Shown: piece by piece, positions 1-9,075 of the stretch
Numbering within the stretch: position 1 is the stretch's first letter
Layout of the letters: each line of letters begins with the position of its first letter
DNA from: Candidatus Aminicenantales bacterium
Lineage (GTDB): Bacteria > Acidobacteriota > Aminicenantia > Aminicenantales > Saccharicenantaceae
Direction of reading: 5' to 3'
Assembly: GCA_049696855.1 (NCBI GenBank)
Contig: JBAVUQ010000162.1
Span: 1 to 54,101 of the forward strand
DNA length: 54,101 bases
The notes under the pieces: model-generated
Seen by the model: the letters and a program-made list of their open reading frames with translations, nothing else
Database searches by the model: none
Told to the model about the DNA's origin: nothing
Made by a program: the position numbers and the translations under genes

Positions 1-1
1 G

Positions 2-700
2 CAACTCGGTGCCTTGACCGGCAGCCGAATTCTCGGCGTCCGCCGGCGCGGCAAGATGCTCCTGATCTCATGCGAAGGCGGTCGGACCCTCGTCTTCCAC
101 CTCAAGATGACCGGCCAGTTTCTTTTCGCCGCGGCCTCAGACCCGCGCGACAAGCATACCCGCTTGATCATGCGCTTCGATGACGGCAAGAACGAGCTCC
201 GTTTCCGCGATGTCAGGAAGTTCGGCTTCCTGCTCTGCCTCGACGGCGATCCCGAATCGGCCTGCGCGGAGCTCGCCTGCCTCGGCCCCGAACCGCTCGA
301 AATAGGGCTTCCGGAATTCGCCTCGATCCTCAAAGCGCATCGCGGCCGCATCAAGAGCGTCCTCCTCGACCAGAGGCGGCTCGCCGGCATCGGGAATATC
401 TACGCCGACGAGATGCTCTTCGAAGCCCGCATCCACCCGGAAAGGCCGGCATCATCGCTCAGGGCGGCTGCGGTCGAGCGGCTTTACAGGTCCATGAAGA
501 ACGTCCTTTCGCTGGCCATCGCCGGGAAGGGCTCGACCCTCCGGGACTATCGCGACGCCGAAGGCAACGAGGGCAGCTTCCAGGAATCTCACCGGGTCTA
601 CGGCCGGACCGGAGAGCCCTGCGTCTCCTGCGGCAGACCGATCCGCGTGAAGCGCATCGGCGGCCGCTCAAGCCATTTCTGCCCCAGGTGTCAGAGATAG
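2..700 (+). CDS. mutM: Formamidopyrimidine-DNA glycosylase (Fpg/MutM), N-terminus cut by window edge
   Basis: The frame is open from the window edge, and the ORF-track start at 14 is an internal TTG. It has the H2TH-type segment GNIYADEMLFEARIHPERP and the C-terminal zinc finger CVSC-x16-CPRC typical of Fpg/Nei. Confidence 0.9.
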   Translation, partial: QLGALTGSRILGVRRRGKMLLISCEGGRTLVFHLKMTGQFLFAAASDPRDKHTRLIMRFDDGKNELRFRDVRKFGFLLCLDGDPESACAELACLGPEPLEIGLPEFASILKAHRGRIKSVLLDQRRLAGIGNIYADEMLFEARIHPERPASSLRAAAVERLYRSMKNVLSLAIAGKGSTLRDYRDAEGNEGSFQESHRVYGRTGEPCVSCGRPIRVKRIGGRSSHFCPRCQR

Positions 701-725
701 AAGCCGCGCCGGGCCTGACCGTGGG

Positions 726-755
726 TTGACATTGTTTCCCTCTTCTCCCTATGAT
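726..755 (+). promoter_or_regulatory. Candidate sigma70-type promoter (TTGACA-18 nt-TATGAT) for the SH3-domain gene
   Basis: TTGACA at 726-731 and TATGAT at 750-755. The ORF-track TTG start at 726 is therefore more likely the -35 box than a start codon. Confidence 0.4.
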
Positions 756-782
756 GACCCCAGACTCGCTGTGGAGGCCTTC

Positions 783-1268
783 ATGAAAAAACCTTTTCGC
801 CTCGGGGCCCTGGCCCTGGCGGTCCTGCTCGTCTTCGTCTATCTTCTTGCCGACACGATCATGGTCAAGATCAAATCGACCAGCGTCCGGCGGGATCCCA
901 AGTTCTATGCGGCCTCCCTGGCCACGATCCCGGCCGGGACCGCGCTCGAAAAGCTCGCGGCCAAGGACGGCTGGTTCCAGGTCAAGACCAAGAGCGGCGT
1001 AACGGGTTGGGTCCACTCGAGCGCCATCGACACCCGGAAATTCGACCTGACGGCCTTGGGCGGCTCCCAGAGCACCCAGGCCTCCACGAGCGAGGTCGCC
1101 TTGGCCGCCAAGGGGTTCAACAAGCGGGTGGAGGACAGCTATCGGGCCAAGAACGCCGCGGCCGATTATGCCGGCGTCGATAAGATGGAGAGGTTCAGCA
1201 TCCGTCCGTCCGATGTCGAGGAGTTCCTCAAGCGGGGCAAGCTCGGGGAGTTCGGAGGCGGCCGATGA
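783..1268 (+). CDS. Membrane-anchored/secreted bacterial SH3-domain protein
   Basis: ATG at 783 is preceded by GGAGG. It has an N-terminal hydrophobic anchor (LGALALAVLLVFVYLL) and an SH3b-like segment GWFQVKTKSGVTGWVHSSAI. Confidence 0.7.
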   Translation: MKKPFRLGALALAVLLVFVYLLADTIMVKIKSTSVRRDPKFYAASLATIPAGTALEKLAAKDGWFQVKTKSGVTGWVHSSAIDTRKFDLTALGGSQSTQASTSEVALAAKGFNKRVEDSYRAKNAAADYAGVDKMERFSIRPSDVEEFLKRGKLGEFGGGR

Positions 1269-2182
1269 ACGCCCGGCTGCGCGCGGTGACCGGTTTGGCG
1301 GCCATGGCGGCGACGGCACTCCTCTCGGGATGCTCCGCCGTCCAGAAGGGCGCCGATATTCTGGCGGGCCAGGGCAAGATCTCCGAGAAGGACCGGGCGG
1401 CCATCGTCGGCACGAGCCAAGCCCTGCGCTCGACGTTCGCCGACATCACGGACGAGGAGGAGTACTACATCGGCCGGGCCGTGTCCGCCCTGATCCTCTC
1501 CCGTTACAGCACGGTCGACGATGCCGCTTTCACGCATTACCTGAACCTCGTGGGCATGGCCGTCGTTTATAGTTCCGACCGGCCCGAAACCTACGGCGGC
1601 TACCACTTCACGGTCCTCGATTCCGATGAGGTCAACGCCATGGCGGCCCCCGGCGGGTTCGTCTTCGTCACCAGGGGCCTCGTCCGGCGCTGCGCGGACG
1701 AAGAGACCCTGGCCGCGATCCTCGCCCACGAGATCGGGCACGTCGCGGCCCGCCACGGGCTCCAGTCCATCAAGAAATCGCGCCTCGTCGATGCGTTCGC
1801 GGTCATCGGCAGCACGGCGGCCAGCCAGCTCAACTCGGAAGAACTCACGAAGCTCACCGGCCTCTTCGAGGGCGCGCTCGGGGATGTCCTCGAGACCCTC
1901 ATCGGCCGCGGCTATGACCGGAAATACGAGTTCGAAGCCGACGAACTTTCCGTCAAGTTCACCGCCCGGACGGGCTACAATCCCGCCGGCCTGGCCGCGT
2001 TCCTGGAGAGCATGGAGCAGGACAAGCCGTCCGGCCCGGTCGCCGGCTGGTTCAAAACGCACCCGACTCCCGCCGATCGATTGGCCAGGGTCCAGGCCGA
2101 GATCGAGGCGCTCGCCTCCGTGCCGGCGAAGCTCGATATCCGGACCGCCCGGTTCGCCGCCGAGGTCAAGCGGCTGAAGTGA
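1265..2182 (+). CDS. M48-family zinc metallopeptidase lipoprotein
   Basis: ATGA start/stop overlap with the upstream gene. It has a lipobox LLSGC and the HExxH motif in AHEIGHVAARH. Confidence 0.85.
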   Translation: MNARLRAVTGLAAMAATALLSGCSAVQKGADILAGQGKISEKDRAAIVGTSQALRSTFADITDEEEYYIGRAVSALILSRYSTVDDAAFTHYLNLVGMAVVYSSDRPETYGGYHFTVLDSDEVNAMAAPGGFVFVTRGLVRRCADEETLAAILAHEIGHVAARHGLQSIKKSRLVDAFAVIGSTAASQLNSEELTKLTGLFEGALGDVLETLIGRGYDRKYEFEADELSVKFTARTGYNPAGLAAFLESMEQDKPSGPVAGWFKTHPTPADRLARVQAEIEALASVPAKLDIRTARFAAEVKRLK

Positions 2183-2215
2183 GGCTCCCGGGTCTTTGCC
2201 CGGGGTGACGGGACC

Positions 2216-4324
2216 ATGAAGGACAAAGGCGGACGCTTCCTGCGGAACAAGCTCCTGCGCGGGGCCGCGATCGGTCTGGCGGCGTTCGCCGTCACGGCCG
2301 CCTTCTGGGGGTTGGACGTCTTCCGCTCTCTCGAGTGGAAGTCCTGGGACGCGCGGCTGCGGCTCGGCGCCGATCCGTCCCGCGCCGCCGCGGACATCGT
2401 CCTTCTCGCGGTCGACCAGGCCAGCTTGGACGCCTACAACAAGCAGCAGGGCCTGCCCTGGCCCTGGCCGCGGCAAATCTACGCGGCCGTCCTCGATTTC
2501 CTGAAGACCGGCGGGGCGAAGGCGGTCTTCTTCGACCTCATCTTGACCGAGCCCTCGGGCTTCGGGATCGAGGACGACGCCGCGTTCGCCGCCGCCATCG
2601 CCCGCTCGGGAACCGTCTTCCTTCCTTTCTTCCTGAGCAAGGATATCCGGCAGGAAGACGACGCCGCGGCGGCCGCGCTGCGACGTTTCGCGCTCGCAGG
2701 AGGGTCCGTCCCGCCGCGGGCTGTCCAGCCCTACAATTCAGTGACGCTTCCGCTCCAGGATCTGATGGAAAGCGTCCGGGGCATGGGGAACGTCCAGCTC
2801 GCTCCCGACGGCGATTCCGTCTATCGGCGCATCCCTCTCGTATTCTCCTACAAGGGCCTGACTCTGCCGGGCCTGCCTCTCGCGCTGGCCGAACAGGCCG
2901 GGGCGCCGCTCGACCTCGGCCGAATCCCGCTCGACCGCTCGGGCCGGATGATCCTCCGCTTCCATGGGCCGGCAGGGACCTACAAGACCTATTCGATCGC
3001 CGCCGTGATCAACTCGCAGGCCCAGATCGAGGAGGGGACGGCTCCGCAGATCGAGCCCGGCGAATTCGCCGGCAAGACCGTGATCGTCGGGACGACGGCG
3101 CCCGGGCTTTACGACCTGCGGCCGACGCCGTTCGGAGGGATCTATCCGGGCATGGAGATCCTGGCCACGACCGTCGACAATCTCGTCCATGGAGATCATG
3201 TCCGGCCCGTCCCGGCTGCGGTCACCGCCGGCTGGATCCTGGCGCTCTCGCTTCTCGCCGGCCTGGGGACGACGCTCCTGAAGAAGATCTGGCACCTGGC
3301 GGTCCTCCTCCTTTTTGTGCTGGCCCTGCCCGCCTCGGCCGCCTGGCTGACTTTCCGGGCCGGCGTCTGGCTCGCCTTCGCGGCGCCTCTCTTCGCCGTC
3401 CTGGCCGGCTTCATCGCGGCTTCGCTCCTCAATTACGGCGTCGAGGGCCGCCAGCGCCGGTTCATCAAGAGCGTCTTCCGCTTCTACCTGAGCCCCGACG
3501 TCATCGACCGGGTCCTCGAAAATCCCGGCCTTCTCAAGCTCGGCGGCGAGCGCCGGGAAATCACGGCCTTCTTCTCCGACCTCGCGGGCTTCACCTCCAT
3601 CTCCGAGGGACTTTCGCCGGAGGCCCTCGTCGGCCTCCTGAATGCCTACCTCTCGGAGATGACGGACATCATCCTGGGCCTGGGCGGGACGCTGGACAAG
3701 TACGAAGGCGACGCGATCATCGCCTTCTGGAACTCCCCACTCGACCAGCCCGACCACGCCCTCCGGGCCTGCCGCGCGGCCCTCAGATGCCAAAAGCGGC
3801 TGGCCGAGCTCCGAGAGGAATTCAAGCGCAGGTCGGGCCACGAAGTCAGGATGAGGATCGGCCTCAGCTCCGGGCCCGCCGTCGTGGGCAACATGGGCTC
3901 GGAGAGGCGGTTCGATTACACGGCCATGGGCGACACGATGAACCTGGCCTCGAGGCTCGAAGGCGCCTGCAAGGCGTACAGGATATTCACGCTCGTCAGC
4001 GAGGAGACGGCGTCCCGGGTCCGGGACGAGATCGTGACGAGGGAAGCGGACATGATCCGTGTCGTCGGCAAGAGGCGACCCATCCGCATCTTCGAGCTCA
4101 TCGGTGAGAAAGATGACGTCGCCGCGGACGGGATCGAGCGGATCAGCCGCTTCCATGCCGCCCTCGAAGCCTATCGGGCCGGGCAGTGGGCGAGCGCCCG
4201 GCCGTTGTTCGAGGCCCTCGTGGGCGATCCGGTCGCGGAGGTCTATGCCGGCCGTTGCCGGTCGTTCGCGGCCTCGCCGCCTCCCGGCGACTGGGACGGC
4301 GTCTACGAAATGAAGGAAAAATAG
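2216..4324 (+). CDS. CHASE2 sensor domain-containing class III adenylate/guanylate cyclase
   Basis: 702 aa with an N-terminal TM, a long periplasmic CHASE2-like region and three or four TM helices. The cyclase catalytic core shows ITAFFSDLAGFT, YEGDAIIAFW and GDTMNLASRLE. Confidence 0.9.
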   Translation: MKDKGGRFLRNKLLRGAAIGLAAFAVTAAFWGLDVFRSLEWKSWDARLRLGADPSRAAADIVLLAVDQASLDAYNKQQGLPWPWPRQIYAAVLDFLKTGGAKAVFFDLILTEPSGFGIEDDAAFAAAIARSGTVFLPFFLSKDIRQEDDAAAAALRRFALAGGSVPPRAVQPYNSVTLPLQDLMESVRGMGNVQLAPDGDSVYRRIPLVFSYKGLTLPGLPLALAEQAGAPLDLGRIPLDRSGRMILRFHGPAGTYKTYSIAAVINSQAQIEEGTAPQIEPGEFAGKTVIVGTTAPGLYDLRPTPFGGIYPGMEILATTVDNLVHGDHVRPVPAAVTAGWILALSLLAGLGTTLLKKIWHLAVLLLFVLALPASAAWLTFRAGVWLAFAAPLFAVLAGFIAASLLNYGVEGRQRRFIKSVFRFYLSPDVIDRVLENPGLLKLGGERREITAFFSDLAGFTSISEGLSPEALVGLLNAYLSEMTDIILGLGGTLDKYEGDAIIAFWNSPLDQPDHALRACRAALRCQKRLAELREEFKRRSGHEVRMRIGLSSGPAVVGNMGSERRFDYTAMGDTMNLASRLEGACKAYRIFTLVSEETASRVRDEIVTREADMIRVVGKRRPIRIFELIGEKDDVAADGIERISRFHAALEAYRAGQWASARPLFEALVGDPVAEVYAGRCRSFAASPPPGDWDGVYEMKEK

Positions 4325-4341
4325 GGGGCCGGAAACACGCC

Positions 4342-5172
4342 ATGGAAGTCACGATCTGGGGCGCGAGGGGGACATTCCCGTCGCCGCGGAAAGACACCGT
4401 CCGCTACGGCGGCCACACCTGCTGCCTGTCGCTGCGGACCGCGGCCGGGGAGTACATCGTCGTCGATTCGGGGACCGGGATCAGGGACCTCGGCGAGCGC
4501 ATCATGGCCGAGGGCGAAGCGGCCGGGAACGGCCCGGTCCGGATCCATCTCCTCCTGACCCATTTCCACCTCGACCATGTCATCGGCTTCCCTTTCTTCC
4601 GGCCGCTCTATTCGCCCCAAGCGACGGTTTTTATCCACGCGCCGGCCGCGCCCGGGGAGACACGGAAGCACCTGGCCGGTTTGATGGCCGGCAGATACTT
4701 CCCGCTCGGGCTGGACGAAACTCCCTCGACGAAAGTCTTCCTGGAATTCGAGCCGGGACTGGTCATCGGCGGCGTCGGGATCTCGTCCTGCCCTCTCGTC
4801 CACCCGCAGGGAAGCGTCGCCTACCGGTTCGAGCGGGGCGGGACGAGCCTCGTCTCCGCGACGGACACCGAGCATCCGGAAAAGGGGATCGACGGTCGGT
4901 TGGCCGCTTTCGCCGCGGGGGCGACGCGCCTCGTTTACGACGCGATGTTCACGCCCGAGGAGTACGCGGCGGGAAAGAAGGGCTGGGGACATTCGACCTG
5001 GCTCGCGGGGACGGAGCTCGCGGCCGGGGCCCGCGTCGGCGGCCTCATCCTGTCGCACCACAGCCCCGATCACACCGACGAGATGGTGGACCGGCTCCTG
5101 GCGTCAGCCCGGCGGAATTTCCCCCGGACCGACGCGGCGCGTCAAGGCTCGACTTGGGACATTTCGGCATGA
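4342..5172 (+). CDS. MBL-fold metallohydrolase, candidate cyclic-nucleotide phosphodiesterase
   Basis: ATG at 4342 lies 17 nt after the cyclase stop; the ORF-track start at 4186 overlaps the cyclase in another frame. The metal motif is THFHLDHVIG (HxHxDH, also the HxHLDH core of class II cAMP phosphodiesterases). Confidence 0.75.
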   Translation: MEVTIWGARGTFPSPRKDTVRYGGHTCCLSLRTAAGEYIVVDSGTGIRDLGERIMAEGEAAGNGPVRIHLLLTHFHLDHVIGFPFFRPLYSPQATVFIHAPAAPGETRKHLAGLMAGRYFPLGLDETPSTKVFLEFEPGLVIGGVGISSCPLVHPQGSVAYRFERGGTSLVSATDTEHPEKGIDGRLAAFAAGATRLVYDAMFTPEEYAAGKKGWGHSTWLAGTELAAGARVGGLILSHHSPDHTDEMVDRLLASARRNFPRTDAARQGSTWDISA

Positions 5173-5217
5173 ATAGCGCGGTCGCCGCCCGGCGTTCGAT
5201 TTCGAAAGGATGATCCG

Positions 5218-6834
5218 ATGGCGAAAAACATGTCTCCGGAGCTGAGGCTCTACGTCGAGATCCTTTTCACTCTGATCTTCCTGGCCGCGGCCGGGTTCAT
5301 CCAGGCCCTCCTGCGCCGGGCGTTCGTCCGGCGCCCCGTATCGAGACGGACGCCCTGGGAGAATGCCGTCGCGCGCCTGTCCTTTCCGCTGGGTCTTCTG
5401 GCGGCATCCCTGATCGTGAAATGGCCGGCCTTCCGGGAAACGCTTTCGCTGAGCCCGCGGTACTTCGAGATCCTGGACGCGGTGTTCATCTTCGCCGTCA
5501 TCTTTTTCCTCGTCCGGCTGATGGACGCCCTGCTCCAGCTCTTCTACGCGAAGAAGGGACGTCCCTTTCCGCTGCCCCGCGTTCTCCACGGCTTCATCCT
5601 GCTCGTCATCTACCTGGCCGTCGTTTTCGCCGTGCTCGACCGCTTCCTCAGGATCGACATCAAGCCGTTGCTGGCCGGCTCGGCCATCCTGACCGCGGTC
5701 ATCGGCCTGGCCCTCCAGGGGGTGCTCAGCAACATCCTGGCCGGGATGTCCCTGCACTATACCAAGTCCTTCAGCCGGGGCGATTGGATCAGGGTCGGCG
5801 ACACGGAAGGCGTCGTCGTCGACACGAACTGGCGGGAGACCCGGATCATCGACGCGGCCAGGAACATCATCATCTTCCCCAACAGCGAAGTGGCGTCACG
5901 GATGATCACGAATTATTCCCTGCCCGACAACCTGGTGGAGGTCGTCCTCGCGGTCAAGGTCGGATCCGACGCTCCGCCGGCGGCCGTGCTGGAGGCGCTG
6001 GACGAGGCCGCCCGGGAGGTCCCGGATGTCGTCCTTGAGCCGCCGCCCAAGGCCCGCGTCGCGGGCTACAACGACTTCGGGATGTCCTATGTCCTGAAGG
6101 TCCACATCGTCGACTATTCCCGCAAGGACGACATCATCGCGGAGATCGCCCGGCTCGTCTGGTACAAATTCCAGAGGCGGGGCATCGAGGCTCCTTTCCA
6201 GCTCGAGAGCAAGGTCCGGCAGGTGCTGGGCGCCGTCAAGCCGGAAGGCCGGGCAGCGGCGGCCGCCGCCGATCAGGAAAGAAACAGCCGGGATCTGGCG
6301 CGATCTTCCTTCCTCCGCGTCCAGGAAGGGGAGAAGGCCGGGGGGATGATCCTCTCGGACGAGGAGATCCGGGACCTGGCGTCGCGGGCGCGCCGGGTGA
6401 CGTTCGCCGCGAACGAGGTCCTGTTCCGCCAGGGGGACCGGGGGGAGAACTGCTACCTCGTCGCAAGGGGAAAGGTCCGGGGCGAGATCATCTACGAGGA
6501 GGATGGGAAAAAGTACACGACGGACTTCGAGATCGGGCCCGGAGGGATCGTCGGCGAGATGTCCCTGTTCACGGGGATCCCGCGGACCGCGACGGTCGTC
6601 GTCCGCGAGGATGCCGAGCTCCTCGAAGTCGGGGCCGAAGCCTTCGCCGGGTCGCTCGCGAGGAACCCCGCCCTTGCCGATGCGGTCGCCGAGATCGTCA
6701 GCGGCCGGAACAAGACGAATCTCGAGATGCTCCGCAAGATCAAAGAGCTCTCCTCGAAGGACCTGGAAGGCAGCACGAACAAGAAGTCCATCCTCGAATA
6801 CCTGAAAAAGCTCGTCCACATGTTCAAGCGGTAA
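5218..6834 (+). CDS. MscS-family mechanosensitive channel with C-terminal cyclic-nucleotide-binding domain (bCNG-like)
   Basis: TM helices are followed by an MscS beta-domain (FSRGDWIRVGDTEGVVVDTNWRETRI). The C-terminal cNMP-binding fold shows FRQGDRGENCYLVARGKV and GEMSLFTGIPRTATVVV. Confidence 0.9.
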   Translation: MAKNMSPELRLYVEILFTLIFLAAAGFIQALLRRAFVRRPVSRRTPWENAVARLSFPLGLLAASLIVKWPAFRETLSLSPRYFEILDAVFIFAVIFFLVRLMDALLQLFYAKKGRPFPLPRVLHGFILLVIYLAVVFAVLDRFLRIDIKPLLAGSAILTAVIGLALQGVLSNILAGMSLHYTKSFSRGDWIRVGDTEGVVVDTNWRETRIIDAARNIIIFPNSEVASRMITNYSLPDNLVEVVLAVKVGSDAPPAAVLEALDEAAREVPDVVLEPPPKARVAGYNDFGMSYVLKVHIVDYSRKDDIIAEIARLVWYKFQRRGIEAPFQLESKVRQVLGAVKPEGRAAAAAADQERNSRDLARSSFLRVQEGEKAGGMILSDEEIRDLASRARRVTFAANEVLFRQGDRGENCYLVARGKVRGEIIYEEDGKKYTTDFEIGPGGIVGEMSLFTGIPRTATVVVREDAELLEVGAEAFAGSLARNPALADAVAEIVSGRNKTNLEMLRKIKELSSKDLEGSTNKKSILEYLKKLVHMFKR

Positions 6835-6886
6835 GAGGAGCATGTCTCGAGGGAGCCGTCCCCGGCGGAGGGCCGGCCCTCCTGGA

Positions 6887-6915
6887 TTGAAACCCCGCCG
6901 GGTTTTCGCTATAGT
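6887..6915 (+). promoter_or_regulatory. Candidate sigma70-type promoter for tRNA-Arg (TTGAAA-17 nt-TATAGT)
   Basis: TTGAAA at 6887-6892, a 17-nt spacer and TATAGT at 6910-6915, which ends 19 nt before the tRNA 5' end. Confidence 0.45.
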
Positions 6916-6934
6916 AAGCGCAATTCCTCTGAGT

Positions 6935-7009
6935 GCCCCTGTAGCTCAGTATGGATAGAGCAGCGGATTCCTAATCCGTTTGTCGCCTGTTCGAGTCAGG
7001 CCAGGGGCA
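6935..7009 (+). tRNA. tRNA-Arg (anticodon CCU), CCA not encoded
   Basis: Cloverleaf folded by hand. Acceptor GCCCCTG/CAGGGGC, D arm GCTC-AGTATGGAT-AGAGC, anticodon arm GCGGA-TTCCTAA-TCCGT, variable TTGTC and T arm GCCTG-TTCGAGT-CAGGC. Confidence 0.9.
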
Positions 7010-7110
7010 CTTCATTTTTCTGACTAAAGGTGCTCAAAGGAAGACAAGCCCTTCTCCCCTGGAAATCGGGTTTTCCCCATATGTCCAGAGGAGTGGGGAA
7101 TAGGACTCCT

Positions 7111-7866
7111 TCAGGGCCTTTGATCTTTGAGGAAGATCTTAATCCTCGGATCGTCACGGATCTTCTCGAATTCCGCATCCCGGAGGATCCTCGACCATTC
7201 CGAGAAGCCGGCCTCTCGGGCCCTGACCAGATAGTCCACGGTCTTATCGATGTTGCCTGCGGCAGCATAGGCCTTGGCATAGGCGAAGTACGTCTCTTTC
7301 ATGTCAAAGGACGAAGAGGGAAACGTGGTGACCAGCTCTTTGTGGTTTTCCAGGTAATTCGGGTCGAGGGCGATCCCCCGGGAAAGATATCGAATCCCTT
7401 CTTCGATGTGCCCGAGGTTGAAAAGCAGGATCCCCAGGCTGTAATTGGCGGAGATCAGGTCCGGGGAGAGCGCTAGAGCTCTTTTATAAAGTTCCTCGGC
7501 CCTGGCGTAATCAGCCTTGATGGAGTAGACGCCGGCCAGGTTGTTGTACGCCGTGGCGAACGATGCGTCCACGGCCATCGCCTTTTCGAATTGCTCCCGG
7601 GCCTGATCATAATCCTTTTGGTGGAAATAGCAGAGCCCCAGATAGTTGTGGGCCTTGGCCGAATCGGGCTTGACCTCCACGGCGGCTCGGAACTCGGTCA
7701 CGGCCCTTCCATACTCGCCCTGAGCCAAGAAAGAAATACCCCGCTCAAGGGCGAGATCGAAGGAGCGGCCTCCCGAAGCTGAGGCCGAGGGGGGCGGGAC
7801 CGCATGGCCTGCGCAGGCGGAAGCCGCGACAAGGCAGAAAACGGCCAGGATCAATGTTTTCCTCAT
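7111..7866 (-). CDS. Tetratricopeptide-repeat lipoprotein
   Basis: Signal peptide with lipobox (LVAASAC), followed by several 34-residue TPR-like repeats (AxxYxxLGxxYxxxxxYxxAxxxFxKAL pattern). Confidence 0.85.
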   Translation of the reverse strand: MRKTLILAVFCLVAASACAGHAVPPPSASASGGRSFDLALERGISFLAQGEYGRAVTEFRAAVEVKPDSAKAHNYLGLCYFHQKDYDQAREQFEKAMAVDASFATAYNNLAGVYSIKADYARAEELYKRALALSPDLISANYSLGILLFNLGHIEEGIRYLSRGIALDPNYLENHKELVTTFPSSSFDMKETYFAYAKAYAAAGNIDKTVDYLVRAREAGFSEWSRILRDAEFEKIRDDPRIKIFLKDQRP

Positions 7867-8184
7867 CTTTCTTCTCCGGACAGACCTTCGATTCTTATCT
7901 TATATATAGGAGCGGGTGGCCATGATGTCAAGGCGTCCGGGACCGCGGTCGGAGCTTCGAATCCTCTCAGGCTCGCCACCTTTTTCACCCCACGCCTCAA
8001 GTCATTTACGCCGGCAGCAGACATTTGGGCCCAGGTCAGCGAATTTTGGGAGCTCTATGCGACTTGACAACGGACATATGTGGACCTATCTATAAATAAG
8101 GCAAAGATCCTGGTTATTATCAGGCTCCCTAGGCAGATTGCGATTATGGGGGGCTCGAAATCTCTGAGAACGAGGGGGTGAGTC

Positions 8185-8454
8185 ATGAAATTCATTTCTT
8201 TCTGGGAAATGAAGCCTGAGGACGCGGGAAAGGTCATCCAAAAATTCAGCAAGAGAGAGGACGTTGGCTTGAAGACACTGTACGGACCCTGCCACATCGG
8301 TGGCCAAGCCAAGGGGTTCACTATCTTCGAAGCCGATGACCCCAGTGTGCTCATGAATTATACCAACTTCTACATGCCAGAGCTGACGATGACCATCTAT
8401 CCCATACACGAATCTAAAGAAGTGGCTGCGAACTGGGTCAAACATCATAAGTAA
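8185..8454 (+). CDS. Small hypothetical protein (89 aa; resembles DUF3303-type proteins from memory)
   Basis: ATG is preceded by GGGGGTGAG, in a lower-GC context. I can verify no catalytic motif. Confidence 0.55.
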   Translation: MKFISFWEMKPEDAGKVIQKFSKREDVGLKTLYGPCHIGGQAKGFTIFEADDPSVLMNYTNFYMPELTMTIYPIHESKEVAANWVKHHK

Positions 8455-8641
8455 ACAATCGGCCGCAAGATGGGAGTCAGCGACCGGACCTGGTTCGAAC
8501 CCCCGGCCGTCGGCCGGAGCACTGTTCTGCCTGGGATGCAAGGGCCTGACGGCCCGGGTCTCAACCGGACCCTTTTCGGATCCAAAGGTCGGAGGTTCGA
8601 ATCCTGAGTACTGAGAATCCCGATTCTTAGAGGAGGAGAGG

Positions 8642-9058
8642 ATGAACTGGAAACGCTTTCTTGCGGCCAGCTTTGTGACCTATGTGGTCGTCCAAGCCAT
8701 GGACTTCATCATCAATGAAGTCTTCATGAAGGGCGCCAACGAATCGCTGAAGAGCCTTTGGCGGCCGAACATGAGGTCCAGGATGTGGGTGATGTACGTC
8801 GTCGGAGTGCTCGTGGCGCTGCTGTTCACCTACATTTTCGTCAAGGGCCGCGAAGGCAAGGGCATTGCCGAGGGTGTTCGCTACGGGATTATCATTTGGC
8901 TGTTCGTCAGTGCGCCAATGAGCGTGTCCATGTGGGTGCTGCTGCCGATCCCGTATATCATCATCCTCCGATGGATGCTGTACGGTCTGCTGGAGATGCT
9001 CGTCGCGGGGATCCTGGTCGCGGTTATCTACAAACCCCTGGGTTTATCCAAGACCTAG
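8642..9058 (+). CDS. Small integral membrane protein (about 4 TM; DUF1761-like from memory)
   Basis: Strong RBS (AGGAGGAGAGG) before the ATG, hydrophobic helices throughout, and a hairpin terminator immediately after the stop. Confidence 0.6.
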   Translation: MNWKRFLAASFVTYVVVQAMDFIINEVFMKGANESLKSLWRPNMRSRMWVMYVVGVLVALLFTYIFVKGREGKGIAEGVRYGIIIWLFVSAPMSVSMWVLLPIPYIIILRWMLYGLLEMLVAGILVAVIYKPLGLSKT

Positions 9059-9075
9059 TGCCCCGCTGGGGCACT
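9057..9075. terminator. Hairpin between convergent genes (AGTGCCCC-GCT-GGGGCACT), possible bidirectional terminator
   Basis: Perfect 8-bp stem with a 3-nt loop, followed by TCGTTTCTATTT. It sits between the stop at 9058 (+) and the stop at 9082 (-). Confidence 0.5.

Noticed and set aside
459-2476. Long minus-strand ORFs (459-1319, 1166-2476) and alternative plus-frame ORFs over the SH3 and M48 genes
   Set aside because: Their translations are Arg/Gly/Pro/Ala-rich low-complexity sequence, typical of shadow frames in GC-rich DNA. The opposite or other frame carries clear motifs (HEIGH, lipobox).
2335-4156. ORFs 2335-4107 (+) and 2738-4156 (-) overlapping the CHASE2 cyclase gene
   Set aside because: They are shadow frames with extreme Arg/Pro/Gly content. 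The cyclase frame has complete catalytic motifs.
7910-7978. Possible complete second tRNA gene with encoded CCA
   Set aside because: Only the acceptor (5/7 pairs), T-arm and CCA can be drawn. There is too little sequence between the D region and the T-arm for an anticodon arm, so it is kept as a tRNA-like remnant, not a gene.
8461-8620. Possible tRNA or tmRNA in the spacer between the two small genes (GGTTCGAA motifs)
   Set aside because: I could fold no acceptor stem or complete cloverleaf, and the tmRNA 5' and 3' consensus ends are absent.
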